Assembly (NCBI GenBank): GCA_963920595.1
Contig: OY986948.1
Location: forward strand, 248,001 to 312,000
DNA length: 64,000 nucleotides
Direction: 5' to 3'
Source of the DNA: Eimeria praecox
Taxonomy: Eukaryota
Of the stretch, positions 40,401-54,000 are shown piece by piece (the first letter of the stretch is position 1; each line of letters starts with the position of its first letter). The position numbers were made by a program, and so were the translations under genes. The notes below the pieces were generated by a model. It worked only from the letters and a program-made list of their open reading frames with translations, searched no databases and was not told where the DNA came from.

Positions 40401-42999
40401 TCGTAAGTTGTACAGTCAGAAAGGCAAGAGCTTCTATCATCACAAACTCGATGAGTTGCATTAGGTAACCATTTTGTCTGTTGACGACTTCGCAGGCAAT
40501 GTGTCTGGCCGCAGCTGTGCCATTTCCGATACGCAATCGTGCTGCTCGACACTGCTGCGTCTTGCTGGTTCATACAATGTATTCTTTTAATATAGGAGCT
40601 ACATCAGACATTTCTCCAATGAGTGACGCTGGAGGAGTGCATTTCGCTATGCATCTCAGGCTGAATGTGTATGCTAGGGCAATTTCTGATGACCACATGG
40701 ACTCTCTTTGAACGGGAGTGTGCTGGAGTGCAATGCTGGTATTGCGGCTGCATCCTTTATTCAAATCAAAACGCTTAGTTCTAGTTGCAGTGCTTGGGCT
40801 GTTTGTGATGCTCATGAGTGAATTCAGCAGCTCCGGAAGGCAATTTGTGTGTCCAGAGCGTGTTATTGTCACCTTTCGGCCAAGCCAATCATTGTGCGTG
40901 AAGCGTCTGTCAGCGGTTGCTGATGCGGAGCTATCATGCGATGTATAGGCGGCACTGTGCCTCAGCGTAAAATAGCTAATATGAGCGTCATTCGTACCTT
41001 TAGTGAAATGCAGGGGCGCAGGCTTAACGTTAAAGCCTAGGGTCGTTTGTTATGATGCGTTTTGACACTTCTACAAAGGAGGTTTCTCTGCCTTACTGGT
41101 CATAGCAGGCATGACTTGCACTTATGTGCTTGCTTCGAAAGACCGTGGGTCAACTGTGACGGAGATGAAGCGGAAGGACGCGGTTTCTCTGTTGGTCATG
41201 GCACGGGAGCTTGGATGGAAAGCGGCACAGGCTTAGGCCAAAGATTGCATGCAGGCGGCTACAAAATGATAAAGATGAGAATACCTGTGCCTTGCGTTGC
41301 TGCGTAAAGAAAGTTCCGAACGTTCGGCAGACTGTGCACATCATTGGTCGCGTGCACGATACGTTGATTTACTGTGTTTGGTCCCTCTTATGAGCCGGCT
41401 TGCACGCGACCGATCGCGAATTGCTGTTGCTTCAGTTATCCAAGCTGCTTATTCGTGACATGGTAACCAGTTACTGAGCGCTCGCACCTCAGTTCCGGTA
41501 TCATCGATGTTGTGGGTCGGCGCCATATGGTTTTGACATGCAGAACATTAGGCTGCTGTTTTCAGAGGAATGCGGAAGACCTTAGCTTTTACGAAGCGTG
41601 TTGACATTCCTTAGCTTGTTGATTATTCAGGATGTGAGTTGATTACAGGGTTCAATGCTTGAAGCAAGGCCAGATGTTTGCAGAACAGCACTCCGGGATG
41701 TTCCTATGTAAAATCCCATTTCATTGTGTCAGGTTGACTTTGTTGACAACGGGTGCAGCTGCCTGGTCTCTCGCGCCCCTATACAATGTGCGTGACGAGT
41801 AACTGTTGGTCGCATGCAGGCTTTGGTTCGTTAGTACTCCCGTACTCTCTGAGGAGTCACGCAAATTCCGGGCCAAGCCGTCAGATGGCTGAAGGGTTTA
41901 TTGGCGACCCTGCCCTGCCTTGGCTTGTCTCGCGAACACCCCAAGCGCGTGGTGGTGTTGGCTGCATAAGGTAATCTTAAAAGGCTTGTTCCCTTCGCGA
42001 TACATAAGCATGCAGACCGAACACTTGCATATGAGCGCTTTTGGTGGGCTGTGGCTTTGTCGTTGCTGTGGCATTCCATTACCTAGCACGACAAGATGAC
42101 GACTTACTGACTCTGCAGAAAGTGTGTTTCATTGTCTGTATTACACCCCACGAAGAGAAGCCATTCTTCTGCCCGTGGAGGTAGTTGTGTGTTTTTGCAG
42201 TGGATGGTGCTATAGGACGACACGGTGTCTCACGCTCGTTGTGTGTCATCCTTTCAAGAGTCCAGTGCTCACCGCCCATTCTGGGATAGTGGAAGACTAT
42301 TACTGCGTATTGCAAGCACATTGCGGTGACAACGGCGTTGTCCCTATGTATATGGCCTTGGACATTTAGTGAGGCTTGCATCTTAAATCGAATTGCGTGA
42401 ACCTACTAACAGTGTCATTCCAGACCCCTTCGTCATGTACGGATTGCGTTGTCTGTATGCGCGCTAGTGCGCGACACATTGGTTGCAATTCGTGCTATTC
42501 GTGTTGTTTGGGGAACCTCCAGTCCTTGTTAAAGTTGCATATCCTCGGTTGGAGCGACTGATGTGCCCAGTCCTCCCACCAGATGGCACCCGCGCATGGG
42601 GAGCTGTAGATCACCATTATCAAATTAAGGCGTTTACCTTTACTGAGAAGCTTGTGCGTCATATGTGTAAAATGTACAAGCGAGGGGTTGGCAGCGGCAT
42701 GAACGGTGACCTGACCTTCAACACACTTGAGTATTGCAAGACTCAGGTGGGCTCCGTTAGGTGCCCAGGCTTTTCCCAAATGTGGCAGTAAAGCAGCGAC
42801 CTCAACAACACGGGGTATAGGTGCCGATGCGTTGGTATAGAGACCTGTTTTAACGACCAGCTCGTGTGTCGCACGGGGGCCAACAGATTTCACCTCACAC
42901 CCTCGGCTAGCTGCCTCAATACGGCAGAGTACTAACGAGCTTTGCCTTTTCTTTCGCAAACATCCTTCTACACATCCGCCATCCTCGTAGGCAATCCAG

Positions 43000-44380
43000 C
43001 AAACAAGTATGTGCAAGGCCTGCGATCGGCTCCATAGAAGGTGAGTGCTTTGGTATTTGTAATTGGACGCCTCTAGCCCATGACCCATCACATACATTGC
43101 GTATGTGATGGGTCATGGGTTAGAGGCGTCATTAGGCGCCCAGTGATCGTCTAAGCCGTTTCTCGCACTCATTGTCCAGCAGCTATGTTTGAACGGTCCG
43201 CCCTGCAGTCTAAAGGCTAAGTGTAACGGAGTGCTTCGGAGGCTTTGCACTCATTTCACACGATGCGCTTGAGGCGTTCTGATCGCAGAGCACGAGGCTG
43301 ATTGTTGGATGCCCCAAGTGGACGAAGCATACGCTCGTTTTCTGTATGCCTTCCCTGGTGATAGATAATGTGCACTGAACAGGGTTTTCGGTTTCCCAGG
43401 AAGTGTGTGGCACGCGTCAGCCACGTTCACGATCTGGCGTCAAATGCCACCGCATGTTTCGTGTTCTGTAGAACGCTGCTCTGCAACGGGCGTCGTGTCG
43501 AACCTAGTGTAGTAATACAGACGGCACCCGTATTCCGGTTAATCCTGGTGACATGATGATTCATTACATCGTTGATTCTGAGGACCCTAGTGCGCCAAAC
43601 GTGTTATGCCGTCATGCCATGGCACTTAAGCTTATTGTTGTGGTGCATTCCAGGATGCATCACCCAAGATGGAAATACATTCTTTAATGCTTATACTGAT
43701 GGTTTCACTCATGTGTCGCCGGGAAACTCTATTAGCATTCTCCACACAGCCTGTTTCGTCCTCCTGGCGTCACATGCAGGTGTAGCGGATACGCTGATGC
43801 GCAATCCAGAGCTGGTAACATGGCATCCCTGGCTAGAGCTCAGGCAGTGCTCTGGTATTGCATATTGTGGATTGTGATTGTTTAGCATTTCGAAGGTGCA
43901 GAGGAGCAGGATTTCCGGCGATGCAATATGCGCTTGGCATGCGGCACAATTCTCACGCCAGTGCAGTTTCCATGCGACTTGCTTGCTGAGAATTGAGTAT
44001 TAATAAGGAGGAGCATGAAGCGAACAACAGGGCTGATAGTATTGGCTTGTCGTCTGGAAGAGTGCGGAGAAACGTGGTGCTGCGGGCATCGATTAGAGGC
44101 TTGGCACACCCCGTCATGGTGTGCACATATAAGCGGAATGTGCAGCTGGGCATTTTGTGATGGATTCAGGCTTTGCGTTTGCCCTTTGGCCAGCTCGTGC
44201 ATGCCCAGCTGCGCGGGTGGTGCACTTTGTGCACTTTGTTTTGATGCATTGCAGTGCCATTGCAAAAGAAAGCCTTTCGGTGGAATGTGCTTCTGGGCAG
44301 CTTTATGCACAGTTGCACGAGGACAATCCAGTTTGCTTTTGTTCGTTCGGAGTGTCGAAATGGCCAATGCGGTGTCTTTC
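43000..44380 (+). repeat. Recent duplication, partner ~47862..49228
   Basis: ORFs 43210/48072, 43882/48730 and 44015/48863 are nearly identical. Confidence 0.95.
43066..43130. repeat. 30-bp-arm inverted repeat (less perfect copies at 46519..46583 and 47929..47992)
   Basis: gacgcctctagcccatgacccatcacatac-attgc-gtatgtgatgggtcatgggttagaggcgtc, with one G:T mismatch. Confidence 0.95.
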
Positions 44381-44562
44381 TCCCGTGGTCCCAGCGAGGA
44401 ATGTAAGCATGCTTGCTCGTTGAAGCGTCTCCAGACAAACCTGAATTCCCTCTTGGAATATCCTGTTGTACAGGAGCAGGAGTCTAATTTTTAATGCGGG
44501 AGTAGCTTTTGCGCACGCTAGTATAGGGATAGGGTGGTTCAGCTGTCGGAGCCTGCGACAGC

Positions 44563-44636
44563 CCAGACCGCCCAGCCCAGCAAAGGTCTAAGCACACGCT
44601 TAGACCTTTGCTCAGCGTTCAGGCTCGGCGGTTTGG
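44563..44636. repeat. Long bulged hairpin with a perfect 15-bp inner stem
   Basis: agcaaaggtctaagc-acac-gcttagacctttgct at 44579-44612. Outer stem ccagaccgcccagcc / ggctcggcggtttgg. Confidence 0.9.
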
Positions 44637-45232
44637 AAGGCACGCGTTTTTGCACCCAGCGTACCCGCTGTTGCAGTGAGGTCAACAAACGGCCTTCTCG
44701 TTTTTATTCACGCTACCGCGTGTGGATTGAGCCAGCTGTAGCTCTGAAGAGGCTTTACCCACAACCTGCTTGACCCAGGTCGCCTGCTCGGTATGGCCGT
44801 GCTGATGGGTTGACAACTCACAGGTATGTTGACCGTGCTGCTAATTATGTATTAATTGCTTACCCGGTAGACGATTATGACCCTTCGAGCTTAACAGGAA
44901 TCATGGCGTTTTATCTTTTCTGTAGGTGGGCTGCTTGCACATTTAGAATTGCGCAGACCCCCGCAAGCCAATACTGCGCCTGGAAGCAATGCGCATTGTA
45001 GGATTAGAAATGCCGCTGTAGACCTATGTTCATGTCCGGAAGTAGTCGGTGCTAGGATAATCGAGTCTTCGTGGCCTTGGGCGCTCTTCGATACTCTGAA
45101 CTCCAGTGCGAACCTTGCACTTGCTTCGCTCTCTTTCGCATTGCCATTGCGTTAGGTTCATGCACATTGCTTGTGTATACATATATGCTTCAAAGCATAC
45201 TAACTCGGTAGTTTGCTCCTAAGCTTAGGCGC

Positions 45233-48022
45233 ACAGTGCCCGCCTGAAAAACAAAAGGCGTCAGTTCCAGCAACGTCAGTGGCCTGTGTGTGGAGTGTGA
45301 AGAGTTGCATAATATGTTTTAAGTCACTTGGCATTTAAATATGTACAACTAGGAGCTTTAACAGGCTTCATACGAGGTATGTAGGACTCTTCACGCGGCT
45401 ATTAACTCAGAGCAAAGCAAGCGGACGCTTGTAGTCTGTGCAAGCACCGGACATCATACCTTCTTATTTCTGTACATCGTCATAGAGTGGAGTGCTCAAT
45501 GCAAAGTTTTGATTCGTACCATGCTGATGCTGCACAGATCAAGTGCATTCTGGTGGAGGGGCGGCACTTATGCATAAAGAGCTATGCTTGAGCGCGCTGT
45601 GAGCTGTGGGTCTTACCGAACTGCTCGAGCCTCCTGGTGGCGTTGCCCGGGATCGCTTCGTCAATGTATCGGTTGCGCTATCTGTAGGCGTGTAAGCAGA
45701 AGATGCATTCGACAACTGCTGGTGTTCCTCCTAGGATCTACCAGTTTCTTTTACGATAGCAGGACGTCGTTTGAGAGCCTATTGTGTGCATTCTTCCCCT
45801 GTGCTATTTAGCAGAACAGTGAAAACCATTCTAGGGGATCTGTACTTCAGCACTTCATGCTGGGGAACCCCCCCAAAGCATGGGCTTGCTCCAGGACTGG
45901 GATGGGCTGCTTTAATTGCGCAGCTCTCTCCGAGATCTTAGAACAAGGTAGGAGTCTCCAGAGTACGCAGAGGTGTTGTCATTCTGCGATATGTTGGAGG
46001 ATATCAGATATGGTTGTTTGAACGAAAAGCTCGTATGCCATACAGAGGGCCCCATACTTTATCTGAAGGGTTTGACTGGACGTCTGCGTGAAGCGAACAG
46101 CATACTAGCTTTGGTCTTTTTGTGATCATCCTGTAGCCTATGCATCATGGTGCGAACAGTCATATGGGTGTGTGTGACGACTGTGGGCTGTTTGGCAGGA
46201 TGTAAGTGCACCAGACGGGTTCAGCTTGCTTATGGCGGGCGGTGTACCAGTTTTGGCGTCTTGGTTAGATTCCTGCACTCCATACGCGATTTTCCGCAAA
46301 ATCGAATCCGTGAGTGGAAATACTTCGAGATGCTGCTTAGGATGTGAGTGCACCAAATGTTCTCGGCTGGTGATGTTTAGTATGGCGGACAGCATACCCA
46401 TTTTGGTCTTTTGCTTATCGTCCTGCTACCTGTGCGCCATGGTCGTAGCACTCAAACAAGTGTGTGCAAGGCCTGCGCTCGGCTGCGTAGAATGTGAGTG
46501 CTTTGGTATTTGTAATTGGACGCCTCTAATCGATGACCCATCACATGCATTGCGTGTGCGATGGGTCATGGGTTAGAGGCGTCATTAGGCGCTCAGTTAT
46601 CGTCTAAGCCGTTACAGTGTCCGCCTGAAAAACAAAAGGCGTCAGTTCCAGCAACGTCAGTGGCCTGTGTGTGGAGTGTGAAGAGTTGCATAATATGTTT
46701 TAAGTCACTTGGCATTTAAATATGTACAACTAGGAGCTTTAACAGGCTTCATACGAGGTATGTAGGACTCTTCACGCGGCTATTAGCGCAGAGCAAAGCA
46801 AGCGGAAGCTTGTAGTCTATGCAAGCACCGGATATCATACCTTCTTATTCCTGTACATCGTCATAGAGTGGAGTGCTCAATGCAAAGTTTTGATTCGTAC
46901 CATGCTGATGCTGCACAGATCAAGTGCATTCTGGTGGAGGGGCCGCACTTATACATAAAGAGCTATGCTTGAGCGCGCTGTGAGCTGTGGGTCTTACCGA
47001 ACTGCTCGAGCCTCCTGGTGGCGTTGCCCGGGATCGCTTCGTCAATGTATCGGTTGCGCTATCTGTAGGCGTGTAAGCAGAAGATGCATTCGACAACTGC
47101 TGGTGTTCCTCCTAGGATCTACCAGTTTCTTTTACGATAGCAGGACGTCGTTTGAGAGCCTATTGTGTGCATTCTTCCCCTGTGCTATTTAGCAGCACAG
47201 TGAAAACCATTCTAGGGGATCTGTACTTCAGCACTTCGTGCTGGGCAACCCCCCAAAGCATGGGCTTGCTCCAGGACTGAGATGGGCTGCTTTAATTGCG
47301 CAGCTCTCTCCGAGATCTTAGAACAAGGTAGGAGTCTCCAGAGTACGCAGAGGTGTTGTCGTTCTGCGATATGTTGGAGGATATCAGATATGGTTGTTTG
47401 AACGAAACGCTCGTGTGCCATACAGAGGGCCCCATACTTTATCTGAAGGGTTTGGCTGGACGTCTGCGTAAAGCGATTGGTCTTTTTGTGATCATCCTGC
47501 AGCCTATGCACCATGCTGCGAACAGTCATATGGGTGTGGGCAACGACTGCGGGCTGTTCGGCAGGATGTAAGTGCACCAGACGGGTTCAGCTTGCTTGCG
47601 GGCGGTGTACCCGTTTTGGCGTCTTGGTTAGATTCCTGCAAATGACAGGCATTGTAGCCGTTTTGGCGTCTTGGTTAGATTCCTGCACTCCATACGCGAT
47701 TTTCCGCAAAATCGAATCCGTGAGTGGAAATACTTCGAGATGCTGCTTAGGATGTGAGTGCACCAAATGTTCTCGGCTGGTGGTGTTTAGTATGGCGGAC
47801 AGCATACCCATTTTGGTCTTTTGCTTATCGTCCTGCCACCTGTGCGCCATGGTCGTAGCACTCAAACAAGTGTGTGCAAGGCCTGCGCTCGCCTGCGCAG
47901 AATGTAAGTGCTTTGGTTTTTCTAATTGGACGCCTCTTATCGCTGACCCATCACATACATTGCGTATGCGATGGGTCGTGGGTTGAGGCGTCATTAGGCG
48001 CTCAGTGATCGTTTAAGCCGTT
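45233..48022 (+). repeat. Head-to-tail tandem duplication, period 1381 bp (45233..46613, 46614..~48022)
   Basis: Identical ORFs at 45584 and 46965. Junction ...ctaagccgtt|acagtgtccgcctgaaaa at 46613/46614. Confidence 0.95.
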
Positions 48023-50903
48023 TCTCTCACTCATTGTCCAGCAGCTATGTTTGAACGGTCCGCCTTGCAGTCTAAAGGCTAAGTGTAACGGAGTGCTTCG
48101 GAGGCTTTGCACTCATTTCACACGATGCGCTTGAGGCGTTCTGATTGCAGAGCACGAGGCTGATTGTTGGATGCCCCAAGTGGACGAAGCATACGCTCGT
48201 TTTCTGTATGCCTTCCCTGGTGATAGATAATATGCACTGAACAGGGTTTTCGGTTCCCCAGGAAGTGTGTAGCATGCGTCAGCCACGTTCACGATCTGGC
48301 GTCAAATGCCACCGCATGTTTCGTGTTCTGTAGAACGCTGCTCTGCAACGGGCGTCGTGTCGAACCTAGTGTAGTAATACAGACGGCACCCGTATTCCGG
48401 TTAATCCTGGTGACATGATGATTCATTACATCGTTGATTCTGAGGACCCTAGTGCGCCAAACGTGTTATGCCGTCATGCCATGGCGCTTAGACTTAGCGG
48501 TGTGGTGCATTCCAGGATGGAAATACATTCTTTAATGCTCATACTCTTGGTTTCACTCATGCGGCAAGGGGAAGCTCTATTAGCATTCTCCACACAGCCT
48601 GTTTCGTCCTCCTGGCGTCACATGCAGGTGTAGCGGATACGCTGATGCGCATTCCAGAGCTGGTAACATGGCATCCCTGGCTAGAGCTCAGGCAGTGCTC
48701 TGGTATTGCATATTGTGGATTGTGATTGTTTAGCATTTCGAAGGTGCAGAGGAGCAGGATTTCCCGCGATGCAATATGCGCTTGGCATGCGGCACAATTC
48801 TCACGCCAGTGCAGTTTCCATGCGACTTGCTTGCTGAGAATTGAGTATTAATAAGGAGGAGCATGAAGCGAACAACAGGGCTGATAGTATTGGCTTGTCG
48901 TCTGGAAGAGTGCGGAGAAACGTGGTGCTGCGGGCATCGATTAGAGGCTTGGCACACCCCGTCATGGTGTGCACATATAAGCGGAATGTGCAGCTGGGCG
49001 TTTTGTGATGGATTCACGCTTTGCGTTTGCCCTTTGGACAGCTCGTGCATGTCCAGCTGCGCGGGTGGTGCACTTTGTGCACTTTGTTTTGATGCATTGC
49101 AGTGCCATTGCAAAAGAAAGCCTTTCGGTGGAATGTGCTTCTGGGCAGCTTTATGCACAGTTGCACGAGGACACTCCAGTTTGCTTTTGTTCGTTCGCAG
49201 TGTCGAAATGGCCAATGCGGTGTCTCTCCACCATGATCGCGGGGAGGAATGTTGGGGTATGCAATAGCTTCAGGACGGCGTCTGTTGGCAAGCTCAAGGT
49301 GGCCTGTGCCGCTACCTACTAGTGGCATTGTGAGAGATTCCATGCTGTAATGGGTGAGGCCACAGGAGCATGGCTTGACTAGGTATGGATAAGCTCATTT
49401 TGGAGTTAAGCATAGAATGCCTGCTTACCCAGTACGCTCCTGGTCATGCACAAACACAGCCGGTGAATGCTAGTTCCGATTTTCCCCCTTATCGTTTGGC
49501 ACATGGGTTTCATCTGAGCAGCAAGGGAATGCCAGCTACAACAAAGTCACTTCTAGTTGCGTGAGCAGTTGCAAAATTTGTTTTGGGCAAGCTGACATCT
49601 GGCGGCAGGGAACGGGGAACGTTCACTGACTTTGCAGGAAGTAGGGCGTCCTCTTTGTGCGGTTATACAAGAGCAGTGCAAAGCAGCGGGAAAGCGTTAA
49701 GCTGCGGACTTGCTGCGCCGCATCGCCCTTTCGTTTTGCATCGCACTCTGAAGAACGCAGTGCTTACTGCTACGTTTTGACTCATTCCAGACTATTATTG
49801 CATAGAGCAAGCATATTGTGGTGCTGGTGATGCTACCCCTATGCTTAAAGTTGTGTGCTTGGATACTTTGTGGTCCGTGCGTTTTGCATCGAACTACTCG
49901 ATCCAGATGATCTGCCGGCTTCTCCCCTAGCCAATACAGGGATGGAGTCATCTATATACGAACAAGCGCATGACACTTCTGGTTTGTGCTGACTTAGCCT
50001 GTAGGACCTATTAGTTTCTATTGAAGGTGCACAACTTCAGAGCGACTATTGCATCCATTCCCAACACCTCTACCATTTTAACCAAGCCAAGAGTGGGACC
50101 CACTCTGGGGGAGCTGTAGATCAGTCCTACATCGGTAAGGAGATGATCTCGCTTCAGCAGTTTGTGCATCACGCATGCAAAGCATATCAGCTAAGGGTTC
50201 GTAGTGACACCAACGCTGCGCTCACCTTCAGAGCACTCAAAACACTTTTAGCACGCGGACTCAGTTGATTGCGCCTTCCCTCCAAAGGTATCGCTCTCCA
50301 GAACACGCAGTCCTGCTTCTACTCTGTTTTATGCGGGACGGTGCGTTGATATGGGCATGCGCCTTTGAACAATCAGCTCGTATGTCGGACAGGACCCGAG
50401 ACTAAACTGAAGTGGCGAGGCTCGCCGTCTCAGTATGGCAGGCGGTATACTCGCTTGAGTCTTTACGCTGTTATTTGTTACCTATGCGTCATGCTCCTAG
50501 CAATGCAATGTGTATGTGCAGCGACTGCGAACGGCTACTTGTTATGTGAGTGCATTAGCGTTTGCATGTGGGGCGTTGTGATCTAGCTGGACCATGATTG
50601 ACCCGCGAGCTTAGATGCTTAGCACTCGTTTAAGTTGCTTCTCTCACTCGCCCTAAGACTGCTGGCTTTCTGTGAGCCGACACACACACGTGCATTCAAG
50701 GTAGTAGCTTCAAATCGGCATTTCCCAGGTTTTCAGAAGATGCGCTTAAGACGTCCTTATTGCATAGAACGAGAGTAGCAATTGCATGCCCCAACGTACA
50801 CATACACACACTCATGCACAAGGTTAAGGCTCACTTTTTCTGCGCAAGCCATGGTGCCAGGCGAGAGGCACTGAACAGGTTTTTCAGTTTTGCAAGAACA
50901 GTG

Positions 50904-51062
50904 TGGCACGCATAAGCCTTGCGCTTGTTCTGTTTCAAATGCCACTGTATGTTTCGTGTATCTAGCTGTTCAGAGATGGATGGCACGCATAAGCCTTGCG
51001 CTTTTTCTGTTTCAAATGCCACTGTATGTTCCGTGTATCTAGCTGTTCAGCGATGGGTGGCA
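50904..51062 (+). repeat. 77-bp tandem duplication
   Basis: tggcacgcataagccttgcgct...tatctagctgttcag starts at 50904 and again at 50981. Confidence 0.95.
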
Positions 51063-54000
51063 TGCCGCATGTATCGTACCAATGTAAAACGCAGTCTGTT
51101 TTCGGTCATTCCAAGGGGCTTGATGGTATATTGTCTGGTGGATTGTGCAGATATAGCCGGCTAAACGTTTTGCTGTGGGGCGGTATGGCGCGAAGCGCTA
51201 GCCATGCTTTAGTCTCCCGTCAACTTTGAGCCTCAGCCAGTGCGAGCGATCAGTTCTGTAAGCTAACAGATGTGAACCATGGTTGTCTAGGTGTTAGCAT
51301 ATTCTGCCTGCATTAGTATGCAATTGTCCAGTGCGCTGCATTGCAGCGCACTGCACACTCATTTATATTAGGAGTGTATAAACCGATGCAACGCAGCGCT
51401 CGCTGTGCATCATGCGTCCTTTATCCGTATTGCAGGAGCAAGGCCACATCCGAAAGGAGAGCTATGCACGTAAGGCGTACACTCAAATGGGCCATTGACA
51501 CACGTGAGAATACTGCCGAATACATGCCGCTTATTTCGAGGTCGCTAACCCGAGGATGCTCGGCCTCTTTGTAGGTGCACATGAATGGCGTACCACCATC
51601 ACACCTCATCTTTCCAAGTGCTTCCTCCTGCGCTTGAACGTTTGCCTTATGTGTTGGTTTAGCTGTGGCTAGTGCCAGGTTCGCAACACCGCGTTGAATT
51701 CTGCGTTCCGAGGAGTTGTTTCTGTCTGCATATTCTGCAAATTGTCCACTCTCGACAGCGTATGTGCTGCCCATATTCTAACTCCCGTGCACCGCGTGTG
51801 ACGTGATATGTCCGTCAGGACGGGCAACCACGCATTCCCGTTGCTTTGTACGAGGCTACACAACACACAGCTCTTCATGACTGTGGGCGCATCTTTATCT
51901 TGAGCGACAGCCAAGCACGGCGGTGGGTTCTCCCTTCATCAGTCCGTTGGCAGGCATGGCTTTTAGAATATTGATCAGGGCAACTGCCACGGCATAACTG
52001 TTTTCAAGAGGCGGCATCGATATTTGCCGTTCATACGGAAGAGACACTCAACAGGTTGACCACGGCTTAAAGGTGCAAGCGGCGAAAAGACATTGCAATG
52101 TTTAGCGCTGCAGGGCTGCGGATTAGCCGCTTTGAGGCTGACCCTCCGGGAGCGTTCAAGCTTTCGTTCAAGCCCCCTGTGAAGAGCAGACCGTGCATTC
52201 CTTAGGTATATTTGCAGGTACACTTAGTGGACTCTGTGATGCGTTATCGGGTGTAATTGTCAGCCAGTGCGAGACACTAGAAATGTAAGGAGTTCTGAAA
52301 TGCCTCACATCCATAGTTCCACCAACGCGCGGCTGACATTGTGTTTGCGTGGGATGGGGAAGCCTATCAAGACTCTGGGTTTCCACGCGGTCGGGGGCAG
52401 TCCGTGAAATGCAGTGCTGACTGCGCTACTAGGCCAGGCAGAGAAGCATCACTGTGGTGCCCAGGAGAATACAATGCAAGCAAAACGTATATCAGATTTG
52501 GCCATTGACGCACCATTGAGTATGTTGGCTCCAAGGTGCCAGCCTGTAGATATCTTTCCTTCGCACGCGTACTGCCGAAATGGCCAGCGGTTGTGGAACT
52601 GACGCTTCTGGCCTTGTATAGTCGCCGTCATCATATGCTTGTTTGCTGCGTCATGCGCTCGTCTGCACACGAGCCACATCGTATCAGGAACGGAAATGAG
52701 CATTCTGGGTTCTGGAAGAAACTTACGGGTAGCATCTCCCCTCCACGGGGAGCCCTCTATAATGCTCACGTTACCGCAAGGTTGAGCCTGTGAATTCGTT
52801 GGAAAGGGCACTGGGGCTAATGCGCGATACAGCACGTGCAGAAAGCCAGATATACTTTAAAAGGAAGGTGAGGGAGTTTATATTAGAGACCAGCAGGTTG
52901 GAGACCTTTTGATCTCATTTACGCAGTCGTCCTCATCATCTGCGCCATCATAGAGGATGATCAGGCACGGAAATAGTTGCTGTAGGAAACAGATTCTTGC
53001 CATGCGTCTCGTCTGTTTGATGTGGGAGAAATGCGGTGCAGTGTTAGTATTTGCATGTGCTGGCTTCTGCGTGTGGCGTGAGGTATCGCTCGTTGCACGT
53101 AATCGTCACTGCAAGAGCGCTTTTCCTTTTGGCATTGCCTCGTTCGGCTGGCCTATTGTGTTCCACATAAATTTGCTTTCAGCCGCTTCAATTTTGGTGT
53201 GGTGTGTATCTGCATCTTTTCACATAAATGTTCCCCAGTGCTTGTGGCACAAGACAACTCAGGGTACGTGACTCGCGCTGATGCATTTCGATAGAAAGCA
53301 GGTAATGCATGCTTTAGCCAGTGTGCAGCTCGAATAAAAAGCCAACTATAGCCATTTGACTCTGGTGTCCAGTCAGTGCGAGATGCACAACTGGTAAGAA
53401 GCCCAGCTCTGGCACACGTGCATAAAATATTCGGCAGTGGGGGATGCTGCGTAGTCGTGTACGTCAGCATGTGTACGTCGTCTGATGTGATTCGAGCGCT
53501 AGTGAGTAGCACACTAAAAGATGCTATGATTTTTATGGTTATAAGTATCCGCTCAGGCAGCGATTCGCAACGTGTATTGGTCCCTAGACACTCATGTTCC
53601 ACTGTATGCACATAGCTCAGACATCTACTTTGGTTCAGCGTATGATGCAGGGTCGGTGATATTGCTAGCAGGAGATTGCCAAGCCGTGGGTACTTCTAGT
53701 CCCAGGCTTCACTTTGAGATTGCCAAGAGTATTGCTTGCGCGTTAATGGCTGTAATATGCTCTATTTTATCTAGACTGCATAGGATGTTTTTGAAGTGGG
53801 TCGCATTTTGCCCGATATATACTTGTCTAGCAAACGCTTTGCAGCAAAATGTCCTCCCTTTGGTAATGAGGGCCCATCTCACTAACATACTATTTTGAGA
53901 GCTCCGTTCCAACTTTGGACTCTGCCTTACGTTGCGTGAGATGCGTTCCAGATTGTACGACTCACCGTATTGCACAGCCAGAATGTCCATTCGCTGTCTG

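Larger units (their letters stand above)
32951..51200 (+). repeat. Macro-unit U2 (lacks the first ~2.3 kb of U1; expanded by recent internal duplications)
   Basis: Begins with cccatgatggaacgcc...aagcacaggcac at about 32955, homologous to U1 at about 18751. It is colinear with U1 thereafter and has extra copies at 46614-49228. Confidence 0.8.
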
